Shown here in pieces: positions 52,803 through 64,000 of a stretch of DNA of 64,000 nucleotides. The DNA is taken from assembly GCA_964016885.1 (NCBI GenBank), contig OZ024742.1:16182001-16246000 (forward strand), given 5' to 3'. Under the pieces are notes generated by a model. The model ran no database searches, was not told the DNA's origin, and saw only the letters and a program-made list of their open reading frames with translations. Source of the stretch: Eledone cirrhosa (taxonomy: Eukaryota). Positions within the stretch are counted from its first letter, which is position 1. Each line of letters opens with the position of its first letter. The translations under genes were made by a program, and so were the position numbers.

Positions 52803-55293
52803 TACACCATGTACTATATACCATGTACTATATACACCATGTATTATATACACCAAGTACTATATACACCATGTACTATATATACCATGTACTATATATA
52901 CCATGTACTATATATACCATGTACTATACACCATGTACTATATACACCATATACTATATACACCATGTACTATATACACCATGTACTATATACACCAAGT
53001 ACTATATATACCATGTACTATATATACCATTTACTATATACACCATGTACTATATACACCATGTACTATATATACCATGTACTATATACACCATGTACTA
53101 TATATACCATGTACTATATACACCATGTACAATATATACCATGTACTATATACACCATGTACTATATATACCATGTACTATATACACCATGTACTATACA
53201 CCATGTACTATATACAATGTACTATATACACCATGTACTATATACCATGTACTATATACACCATGTACTATATACACCATGTACTATATACCATGTACTA
53301 TATACACCATGTACTATATCCTATGTACTATATACCATGTACTATATACCATGTACTATACACCATGCATTATATACACCATGTACTATATACACCATGT
53401 ACTATATACCATGTACTATATACCATGCACTATACACCATGTACTGTACACCATGTACTATATACCATGTACCATATACCATGTACTATACACCATGTAC
53501 TACAAACCATGTACTTTACACACCATGTACTCTACACACCATGTACTATATACACCATAAACTATATATACCATGTACTATATACCATGTACTATATAGC
53601 ATGTACTATATACCATGTACTATACACAATATACTATACACCATGTACTATACACCATGTACTATAAACCATGTACTCTACACACCATGTACTATATACC
53701 ATGTACTATATACACCATGTACTATATACCATGTACTATACACGACGTACTATACACCATGTACTATATATACCATGTACTATACACCATGTACTCTAAA
53801 CACCATGTACTATATACCATGTACTATATACCATGTACTATACACCATTTACTGTACACCATGTACTATATACCATGTACCATGTACTATACACCATGTA
53901 CTACACACCATGTACTTTACACACCATTTACTCTACACACCATGCACTATATACACCATATACTATATATACCATGTACTATATACCATGTACTATATAC
54001 CATGTACTATACACTATGTACTATAAAACATGTACTATACACCATGTACTATAAACCATGTACTCTACACACCATGTACTATATACCATGTACTATATAC
54101 ACCATGTACTATATACCATGTACTATACACCACGTACTATACACCATGTACTATATATACCATGTACTATACACCATGTACTATATACACCATGTACTAT
54201 ATACCATGTACTATATACACCATGTACTATATATACCATGTACTATATATACAATGTACTATATACACCATGTACTATACACCATGTACTATATTCCATG
54301 TACTATATACCATTAACTATATGCACCATGTACTATATACCATGTACTATATATATACCATGTACTATATATACCATGTAATATATACCATTAACTATAT
54401 ACACCATGCACTATATATACCATGTACTCTATACACCATGTACTATATACACCATGTACTATATACCATGTACTATATACACCATGTACTATATATACCA
54501 TGTACTATATATACAATGTACTATATACACCATGTACTATACACCATGTACTATATTCTATGTACCATATACCATTAACTATATACACCATGCACTATAT
54601 ATATACCATGTACTCTATACACCATGTACTAAATACACCATGTACTATATACACCATGTACTCTACACACCATGTACTATATACACCACGTACTATATAT
54701 ACCATGTACCATATACACCATGTACTATATATACCATGTACTATATACACTGTGTACTATATATACCATGTACTATATACACCATGTACTATATACACCA
54801 TGTACTATATACACCATGTACTATATACCATGTACTATATACAACATGTACTATATACCATGTACTCTATACACCATGTACTATATACATCATGTACTAT
54901 ACACACCATGTACTATATATACCATGTACTTTATACACCGTGTACTATATACACGATGTACTATATAACATGTACTATATACACCATGTACTCTACACAC
55001 CATGTACTATATACACCATGTACTCTACACACCATGTACTATATATACTTTGTGCTATATACACCATGTACTATATACACCATGTACTATACACCATGTA
55101 CTATATACACCATGTAATCTACACACCATGTACTATATACACCATGTACTATATACACCATGTACTATATACCATGTACTATATACACCATGTACTATAT
55201 ACACCATATACTATATGCACCATGTACTCTACACACCATGTACTATATACACCATGTACTCTACACACCATGTACTCTACGCACCATGTACTA
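52803..55293. repeat. 16-18-bp satellite ACCATGTACTATAT(AC/AT)
   Basis: Continuous array; source of the HHVLYTPCTIY ORFs. Confidence 0.97.
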
Positions 55294-55374
55294 TAAACAA
55301 TACTTCAATCAAACTACAACGTGTGTGTCCTTACTCTCCTCGATCTTGCTATTTCTTCTTTAATTTCTCCTTCT

Positions 55375-55412
55375 TTCTTCTGATGAAGGACTAGCGTCCG
55401 AAAATTCAGGAG
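55375..55412 (+). ncRNA. Minimal type I hammerhead
   Basis: TTCTT-CTGATGA-A-GGAC(TAGC)GTCC-GAAA-AT-TC-AGGAG; stem I relies on G-U pairs. Confidence 0.6.
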
Positions 55413-55545
55413 TCTTCCTACTACATTAAGATAAAACTAATATTGAACATCAGCGTCTGTTGAGTTTTATGTATATATATAAATATATACATATATGTAT
55501 ATATATATATGAATATATATATGTATATATATGAATATACATATA

Positions 55546-55589
<44 letters not shown>

Positions 55590-55793
55590 CATATATATCT
55601 ATATGGATATATATATATATATATATATATAACGGAGGAAATGTGGTAAGGAACCAGGTGGACCATAACGCACTAAAGTACTCAATACTTAGGGTAGTAG
55701 AGTGGGTAATAGAAACGAGTAGGACCCCGACGGCTGAGCTCAAGCCGTTTCGACGGGTAATTCTGGACTTTTAGTCCAGAATTAGCCGTCGCA

Positions 55794-56929
<1,136 letters not shown>

Positions 56930-57080
56930 AGAAAGTGAGGTTTTTTTTTTTTTTTTTTTTTTTACAAAATGAAAAATAACCGAGGTGTCCTACACGAGTG
57001 GAAGTATAAAGAAAAAGGGATGAAATCGAAAATGCAACTGAAGTCTTATTTTTTTAAAAAATATATATATTTATTTGGTT

Positions 57081-57118
57081 CCTTTACCGGTTTCGCAGTT
57101 CTTCTGCTTTTCAAAAGG
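57081..57118 (-). ncRNA. Type I hammerhead, U3:A8 core; solo 3'-end copy (56932-57132) of the 15-18 kb PLE
   Basis: Motif identical to 15477-15514. Confidence 0.78.
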
Positions 57119-57684
57119 TGAGTTGAGATGGAATAAATACATAATCGGAGAAAGCTAATAGTTATACTCCGGCCAAATCCCAACTCACTCAACAAACATT
57201 AGTAAATGCCTGAGTATATTCCTAATTAAACATTCGGGGTGCTAACTAATTGTATTGTGTGGAAAATTGGTTGTATCATTTCATGTGAGATATATCAAAT
57301 ATATCCCTTTCCAGACGGACGTCTCGTTTCATTATAAGATTTCTACAAGTTGGGTGAAATTATACCAATTTATGTAGAAGCTTGTATAAGATCAACAGAT
57401 ACTTATTCAGTGGGCTCTTATAATTCTTAAGTGGGTGTCCAATAATATTAATATTGATAACGAAATCAACATCAGTATTTAGCGATAATCACCATCAGTG
57501 CTTGAGGTAGCTGCTAGGTTGTTAGCCCAGCAGTTATAAAGAAAATCTCATACTGTCTCAATAAAGGAGGAAGGGGATTACCGCCAAAAAACAATACATG
57601 CGCAGGTCAATGAATTCTGAAAAGAATTCAAGCCACGTGCCAGAACTCAATTGGATTTGCAAAAATTATATATATTTATAAAAG

Positions 57685-58104
57685 AAACATTTCGCTCTAC
57701 ATGACTGAATACAATAAATGTAATCTGAGTTTTTTGAATACTAATAATAACATTCGATTCGTTTGCAAGTTTGCAAACAAGCCTCAATTTTATAGCCATG
57801 ACAGTAGAATAAACACTTGATCAGCCAGTCTGCTAATATGCTAATCAGGCCAATCAGTCATTGTGTATTTTTGAAAATAGCATATATTTTCACTAGCTCT
57901 GACAGTTTGGCAGGGGAACAGTGAACTGTATTGACAAAGGATGATACCCAGAAACATTAGTGTCTGCAGTTCTTTTCGCATCCCAACACAAGAGCAAGAA
58001 TGAAGTGTTCATTCTACTGAGATGGCTATAAAATTGAAGCTTGTTTGCAAAATTGCAAACGAATCGAATGTTATTATTAATATTCGAAAAACTCAGATTA
58101 CATT

Positions 58105-58107
<3 letters not shown>
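57685..58107 (+). mobile_element. Non-coding HHR element with inverted terminal duplication; same family as 33338-33775
   Basis: About 57712-57817 is the reverse complement of about 58003-58107. Confidence 0.8.
57923..57972 (+). ncRNA. Type I hammerhead, U3:A8 core (TTGACAA)
   Basis: GAACTGTA-TTGACAA-A-GG..CC-A-GAAA-CATTAGTG-TC-TGCAGTTC; 8-bp stem I. Confidence 0.72.
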
Positions 58108-58142
<35 letters not shown>

Positions 58143-58471
58143 AATGTAATGTGAGTTTTTCGAATATTAATAATAACATTTTCACTGAAAAGTTTCGTGA
58201 AATAGTCTTTTTAAGACTATATAGAACATTTGTAGTTTTTCCAAATTGAAGGATGAGTATTTAAACTTTATTTTATTCTGAGTTAAGACTCTATTGGGTT
58301 TTTCCCTGGATTTCACAAAATCTGTGGATAAAATCTCTGTCTTGATTTTTTTAAAATTGAGTTTGAATTATTTTCCCATATCTTACGTTAAATATTTTCC
58401 ATTTTGACGTTATAGTCAATTATATTACGAAATACTGTTGGCTTCTTTCTCACATTAATTTCTCTATTTTC

Positions 58472-58509
<38 letters not shown>

Positions 58510-58517
<8 letters not shown>

Positions 58518-58845
58518 AGATCAAAAGATGGTTAAAGGAGTTCCATGTATTTTATTATGCGCATTTCAAAAACAAACATCATCATGCAATAATATTTGTG
58601 TTTTCATCAGATAAAACAGGAGAACATGATATGAAGGCTAAAAAACACTTGTGGATAGTGCAGTTTTAAATCAACATATGTTGATTTAAAACTGCACTAT
58701 CCACAAGTGTTTTTTAGCCTTCATATCATGTTCTCCTGTTTTATCTGATGAAAACACAAATATTATTGCATGATGATGTTTGTTTTTGAAATGCGCATAA
58801 TAAAATACATGGAACTCCTTTAACCATCTTTTGATCTTATATTAT
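58510..58845. repeat. Perfect ~336-bp spacerless palindrome with hammerheads at 58550-58616 (-) and 58739-58805 (+)
   Basis: Centre CAT|ATG at 58677/58678; each arm has TTTTAT-CTGATGA...GAAA-TGCGCA-TA-ATAAAA. Confidence 0.9.
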
Positions 58846-58933
58846 GTATACTCCAGTCCTACAAACTGTAGAGTGCTTCTTATCCGATATCTGCATTGCT
58901 TTATTGTACTACAATAAAACTCACCTCCTACAT

Positions 58934-58958
<25 letters not shown>

Positions 58959-58964
<6 letters not shown>

Positions 58965-59632
58965 GGAAAAAATGAAACGATATTTCATTTCTCACTCTTA
59001 GTACGGCTGTTACTTAAATATAAGTATGTACACGTGCATACATATATGTATACAGACGTACAGTAGTATGTATATATATATACATACATGCACACATATA
59101 TATATGCACGTATGGATTCACCGAACATTTATTATAATGCTCGGTGTGTTTGTAAACAAACATCCCGTATTAAGCCGTAGTGTCTAGCAACCATCGTTGC
59201 TCGTTTGTTCAACACTGACAAAGGAACGCTGTACTAGTTTCAAGCTTGTTAGCTATCGTCAGCAACGTATACCTTCCTGCCAGATTGTTGAACGTATATA
59301 CTTACCTTATGCATATTAACGGCTGAGTAGCCCAATTTGCATATTGAGTGGGTTAATCGGCCGGGTGCACCGAAAACGATAAACGGAAAAAATGAAACGA
59401 TATTTCATTTCCCACTCTTAGTACGGCTGTTACTTAAATATAAGTATGTACACGTGCATACATATATGTATACAGACGTACAGTAGTATGTATATATATA
59501 TACATACATGCACACATATATATATGCACGTATGGATTCACCGAACATTTATTATAATGCTCGGTGTGTTTGTAAACAAACATCCCGTATTAAGCCGTAG
59601 TGTCTAGCAACCACCGTTGCTCGTTTGTTCAA
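58959..59632 (-). mobile_element. 420-bp-period partial tandem non-coding element with hammerhead
   Basis: 58959-59212 is nearly identical to 59379-59632. Confidence 0.82.
59226..59268 (-). ncRNA. Minimal type I hammerhead
   Basis: Minus strand ACGTTG-CTGACGA-T-AGCT(AACA)AGCT-T-GAAA-CTAG-TA-CAGCGT. Confidence 0.82.
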
Positions 59633-59892
59633 TGTATATAAATGAAAGGTATAGAAAACATTGTAGTGAAAAGCCAACAGTATTCCATAATATATAAGTG
59701 ACTATAGCATCAAAATGGGAAAAATAGTTAATGTAAGATGTGGGAAAAATAATTCAAACTCATCTCAAAGAGAATCAGGATATAGATTCATCCACAGAAT
59801 TTAGTGAAATCCAGGGAAAAATCAATAGAGCCTTAACTCATGATAAAATAACGTTTAAAATACTCATCCTTCAATTTGGAAAAACTTCAAAT

Positions 59893-59972
59893 GCTCTGTA
59901 TAGTCTTAAATACTATTTCACGAAAACTTTCAGTGGAGATGGTCACGGTTGGAATTCGATCCTCAGCAGAGC
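59893..59972 (-). ncRNA. Type I hammerhead
   Basis: Minus strand GCTCTG-CTGAGGA-TCGAA...TTCGT-GAAA-TAGTA(TTTAA)GACTA-TA-CAGAGC. Confidence 0.78.
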
Positions 59973-60527
59973 TCAACTCGTTAACCAGGATTCTCACAGA
60001 TTAATATGCCAAAAAGGGAATTGTAAAACAGGCTAGTTCACCATGATGCGTGATTATGAAAAATAAAACGCACATGAGGAAAGACAGGGCTGGTGACGTC
60101 AGAATGAGACGAATGTTTGTTTACAAGAAACAACAATCAAAAAACATTCCGAAAAAACTCTACAATAAGGAGTTCAGCAAAAAGCAATATTATCGCGGTT
60201 TTTTATAAAAAAATACCGGGATTAGTCACAAATAATTTAAGCACTCTAGGAAAGAAATCCGAGAATAAATATATAAATGAAAGGTATAGAAAACATTGTA
60301 GTGAAAAGCCAACAGTATTCCATAATATATAAGTGACTATAGCGTCAAAATGGGAAAAATAGTTAACGTAAGATGTGGGAAAAATAATTCAAACTCATCT
60401 CAAAGAGAATCAGGATATAGATTCATCCACAGAATTTAGTGAAATCCAGGGAAAGATGAATAGAGCCTTAACTCATGATAAAATAACGTTTAAAATACTC
60501 ATCCTTCAATTTGGAAAAACTTCAAAT

Positions 60528-60607
60528 GCTCTGTATAGTCTCAAAGACTATTTCACGAAAACTTTCAGTGGAGATGGTCACGGTTGGAATTCGATCCTCA
60601 GCAGAGC
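60528..60607 (-). ncRNA. Type I hammerhead with full stem III
   Basis: Minus strand GCTCTG-CTGAGGA-TCGAA...TTCGT-GAAA-TAGTCT(TTG)AGACTA-TA-CAGAGC. Confidence 0.82.
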
Positions 60608-60653
60608 TCAACTCGTTAACTAGGATTCTTACAGATTAATATGCCAAAAATAT

Positions 60654-61007
60654 ATATTATTCAGAATATTAATAAAGGAAGACATTCACATAATCAAAAT
60701 ATACGTTTTATTATATATATTTCGAAGGTACTGTGCTGTTTTTTCAGTACGTCCTCGTCAGATAAAATATCTGAATGATGTATGACATACCTCAACGGTC
60801 TTGATAGTTCAAATCCAGTATTGGCAGTAATTCCAGTACTGGCAATACTGAACCATCAAGACTGTTGAGGTATGTCATACATCAATTCATGTATTTTATC
60901 TGGCGAGGACGTACGGAAAAAACAGCACAGTACCTTCGAAATATATATAATAAAACATATATTTTGATTATGTGAATGTCTTCATTTATTAATATTCTGA
61001 ATAATAT
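60654..61007. mobile_element. Fold-back element with hammerheads at 60706-60767 (-, CTGACGA) and 60894-60955 (+, CTGGCGA)
   Basis: Arms about 60654-60811/60849-61007; TTTTAT-CTGACGA-GGACGTAC..GTACCTTC-GAAA-TATATA-TA-ATAAAA. Confidence 0.82.
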
Positions 61008-61390
61008 TAATAACTCCAGAAAACTTCCTTGTAGAGTGCTTTTAATCTATTGTAAAACTATATTAATTGAGTAATCAATGAACCATATTAATCTTTGTTA
61101 TATATATATATAATGAGTGTGTGCATATATATATATATACAACAATTGAGCCGTCTGTATATAATATATATATATATATAATATATATAATATGTAGATA
61201 AATCTACCAAGAGTTTACGGTAGTGTCCAATCCGTATGAAGAACTCAATGTAATCCGGATATCATGGAAAGAAGAGATGCATTCAAAAATCACTTTCGGT
61301 GAAAGATAAACGGAATACAGAGTCAAGATAAAGTATTAAGAAAATAATGAATAAAACAATGAAACAGTTCCTTATATTAAACAAAAAAAG

Positions 61391-61543
61391 TTCATTATTT
61401 AACGATCGTTTCTAGGACATATATGTGTTAGAATTGGCATGCATATTCAACAGATCTATGTACAAAATTATACAAAATTATACAAACTATCAAATCTAAT
61501 ATACATACCAACACATACATATGCCGTCTTCAGAAATAATGAA
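61391..61543 (-). ncRNA. Type I hammerhead with very long stem II insert
   Basis: Minus strand TTCATTATTT-CTGAAGA-CGGCATATGT...ACATATATGTCCTA-GAAA-CGATCG-TT-AAATAATGAA; 10-bp stem I. Confidence 0.75.
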
Positions 61544-61771
61544 ATATATTTATTGATAATAACAACAATTCAAAATTACAGGTCTGTTTGGGAACAGAGT
61601 TCAAATTGACCAATGAAATACACAAAAATATATCAAGAAAATACAGTTAAGTGTGTGTATATATGTAAGTAACTTCGTTCACGGATATGTATAAAAATAT
61701 ATGTTCACATGCATACGCATGTCGAAAAAATGTATGTAAATACAAAAATTCAGGGCTAATGTAACTTAACT

Positions 61772-63353
61772 TTGGATGACATTAATATTATTACACATGC
61801 TAGACTAACACTTATTGAATTTCAGAATGAATACTGGACCAGAAACACATATAGTAATCTATTTGATATTACTATGGGTTCAAGCGATTCTGCCCAAATT
61901 ACTGATCTTGTGGGCCTCTTTCTTCTTTTCAACATAAATGCTTCCTTTCCCCACCTTAAAGGTGGTTTATATCGTGATGACTGTCTTCTTCTTTCCAACA
62001 ACCTTAACCTCTCAGAAATAGTAAAAAACAAAAAGCTTATTAGAACTTTCCTTAAAGACTATTATAGTCTTCATATTACTTTTGAAAACACAAGTAAAGT
62101 AGTTAATTTCCTAGATATAACCTTAGACTTAGCTACGAGTATCTACCAACCTTACCATAAACCCAACCAAAACTTACACTACATACACTCACAATCTAAT
62201 CACCCTAAATCTATCCTTAAAAACCTTGCATATAATATATCACTTAGAATTTCTAACCTTTCGTCTAACCAAGATGTATTTGATAAAAATGCGACCTTCT
62301 ATAACGAAGCTCTAGATAGAAGTGGCCACAAAAATAGATTAGAATATATACCTTCTACTAAATATACTATAAACATACAACCTAATATTACCAACAAACA
62401 CCAAATGAAAAGTACACACCTAAATGCCACCCACACTATACCCCAAAATACCAACAACTCCTCTAATATAAAGTATAGTAACTCTCAAAAAACTACTCAT
62501 CATACAACTCTAATAAATGTTAATAATAAAACTCTTAATAAACAAGATAAAACACCTAAATCAATAAATCTAACTAAAAATGTGCGTGGTGAGGTCATTA
62601 ACATTAATCCTCCTAGTAAACATCACGATACAACCTATAAAAATAATAAACAACATAGAAACCGTAATAGACGAGTTACTTGGTATAATGCTCCATTTAA
62701 TTTACAAATTAAGGATAATATTGGTAAAAAAATTTTTTATATCCTAGAGAAAAACTTCCCGCCAAACCACAAATACCATCAAATCTTAAATAGGTCAATA
62801 GTTAAATTCTCATACTCAACAACCAAAAACATAAAACAAAATATAAGTGCCTATAATGCATATAAATGTAAAAATACCATAAGTATACCACCAATACATC
62901 AAACTAACCATAATATCTCCTCAAATACAGAATTAACGAAACAAAGCAAACTGCCCATTAAAAGGAAATTGTCTTGTTAACAACATAGTTTATAAATGTA
63001 AAGTTAAAACTAAAGATTCTATTTGCTCATATATAGGAGCTACTTCTAACAATTTTAAGGTAAGGTTTAATACCCACAAACATAGTTTTAAAAATGCCGC
63101 ACTGGCTAATACAACATCTCTAGCAGAAAAAATTAATAGTTATAGAAATAAGAATATAGAATATGATATGACCTGGAGTGTGCTCAAAAGAGCCACCCCT
63201 TATCAAAATAATAGAAATGAATGTAGATTATGTTCCCAAGAACTATTTGAAATAATGAAATCTAAGGATATCCTATTAAATAAGCGACAGGAATTAATTA
63301 TATCGTGTAATCATAAACTGAGAAAAACATTTAAATATTATAAACCTAAATAA
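61772..63353 (+). pseudogene. 5'-truncated PLE RT + GIY-YIG (Naiad-like) with one apparent frameshift
   Basis: FDITMGSSDSAQITDLVG, LYRDDCL, NFLDITLDL, SNHP, WYNAPF, then NCPLKGNCLVNNIVYKC..YIG and CRLCSQE..LNKRQELIISCNH. Confidence 0.93.
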
Positions 63354-64000
63354 TAATATATATTTTAGAAATTAATATATAATTTAATTTAAATGTAGTT
63401 AACCTATAAATTTAATTTAATTAAATTCTACTACAGATGAGATTAAAAAATATTGTGTAATCATAAATTGTGAAAAACTTTTAAATATTATTAACATAAT
63501 TAATATATACTTTGTAAATTAATTTATAGATTAATTTTAGTTTATTTAACCTTTTATTAACATTCCTTTACAGATGAAATATAACAAAATATCGTGTAAT
63601 CAATAACAGAGAGATATTTTTTAATATTATAAACCTAATTAATGTACAATTTAGAAATTTATTTATAAATTAATTTTAATTTAGTTAACCTATAATTTTA
63701 ATTTAATTAGCTTAAAATTAAAATTCTAATACAGATAGATTGCAGAATATCATGTAATCATAAACTGAGATAAATTTTTAAATATATACCTAATTAATAT
63801 ATTCTTTACAATTAAATATATATATATATATATATATATATTAATTTTAATTTTGTTAACCTATAATTATATTCTACTATAGATAAAATACAAAATCTGC
63901 TTTAATTATTATAAACCTAATTAACATATACTATAGAAATTAATATATAATTTTTAATTTAGTTAACCTATAATTTATATTCTACTACCGATGAAATACT
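63298..64000 (+). repeat. Degenerate ~140-150-bp tandem repeat derived from the PLE ORF end and 3' UTR
   Basis: (C)GTGTAATCATAAA recurs near 63304, 63455, 63593 and 63752; TTATAAACCTAA and GTTAACCTATAA also recur. Confidence 0.8.

Larger units (their letters stand above)
59636..60650 (-). mobile_element. Retrozyme-like element: ~380-bp direct repeats 635 bp apart, each with a hammerhead
   Basis: 59636-60015 is nearly identical to 60271-60650; diverged partial copy on the plus strand at about 58183-58475. Confidence 0.82.

Noticed and set aside
52128-55394. Long His/Tyr/Cys-rich ORFs
   Set aside because: Translations of a (TG)n tract and a 16-18-bp satellite.
57315-57402. Minus-strand CTGTTGA...long hairpin...GAAACGAGACGTC
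   Set aside because: The core is mutated and stem I does not pair; possibly a relic but unsupported.

Overview
AT-rich, repeat-saturated animal genomic DNA with no recognisable host gene. The SINE types and (TA)n/(CA)n load resemble a cephalopod (octopus-like) genome, which is my inference. The window holds two large satellites (23-bp unit at 1-6336; 16-18-bp unit at 52803-55293), two tRNA-derived SINE families, decayed RTE, CR1, CRE-like and mariner fragments, and at least seven Penelope-like element (PLE) coding remnants (RT and/or GIY-YIG). Many short non-coding fold-back or tandem elements sit in (TA)n tracts, and most carry a hammerhead ribozyme (HHR) motif. By eye I count about 17 HHR sequence families and about 30 copies, several with a U3:A8 core instead of C3:G8. 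The top finding is a repeat family (best copies 32728-32829 + and 39063-39163 -) with all three hammerhead core strands in a non-cyclic order that fits none of types I/II/III. Its extra helices show compensatory changes and include a consensus kink-turn. All structures were folded by eye and none has been tested. Most long ORFs in the track are satellite or microsatellite artefacts.
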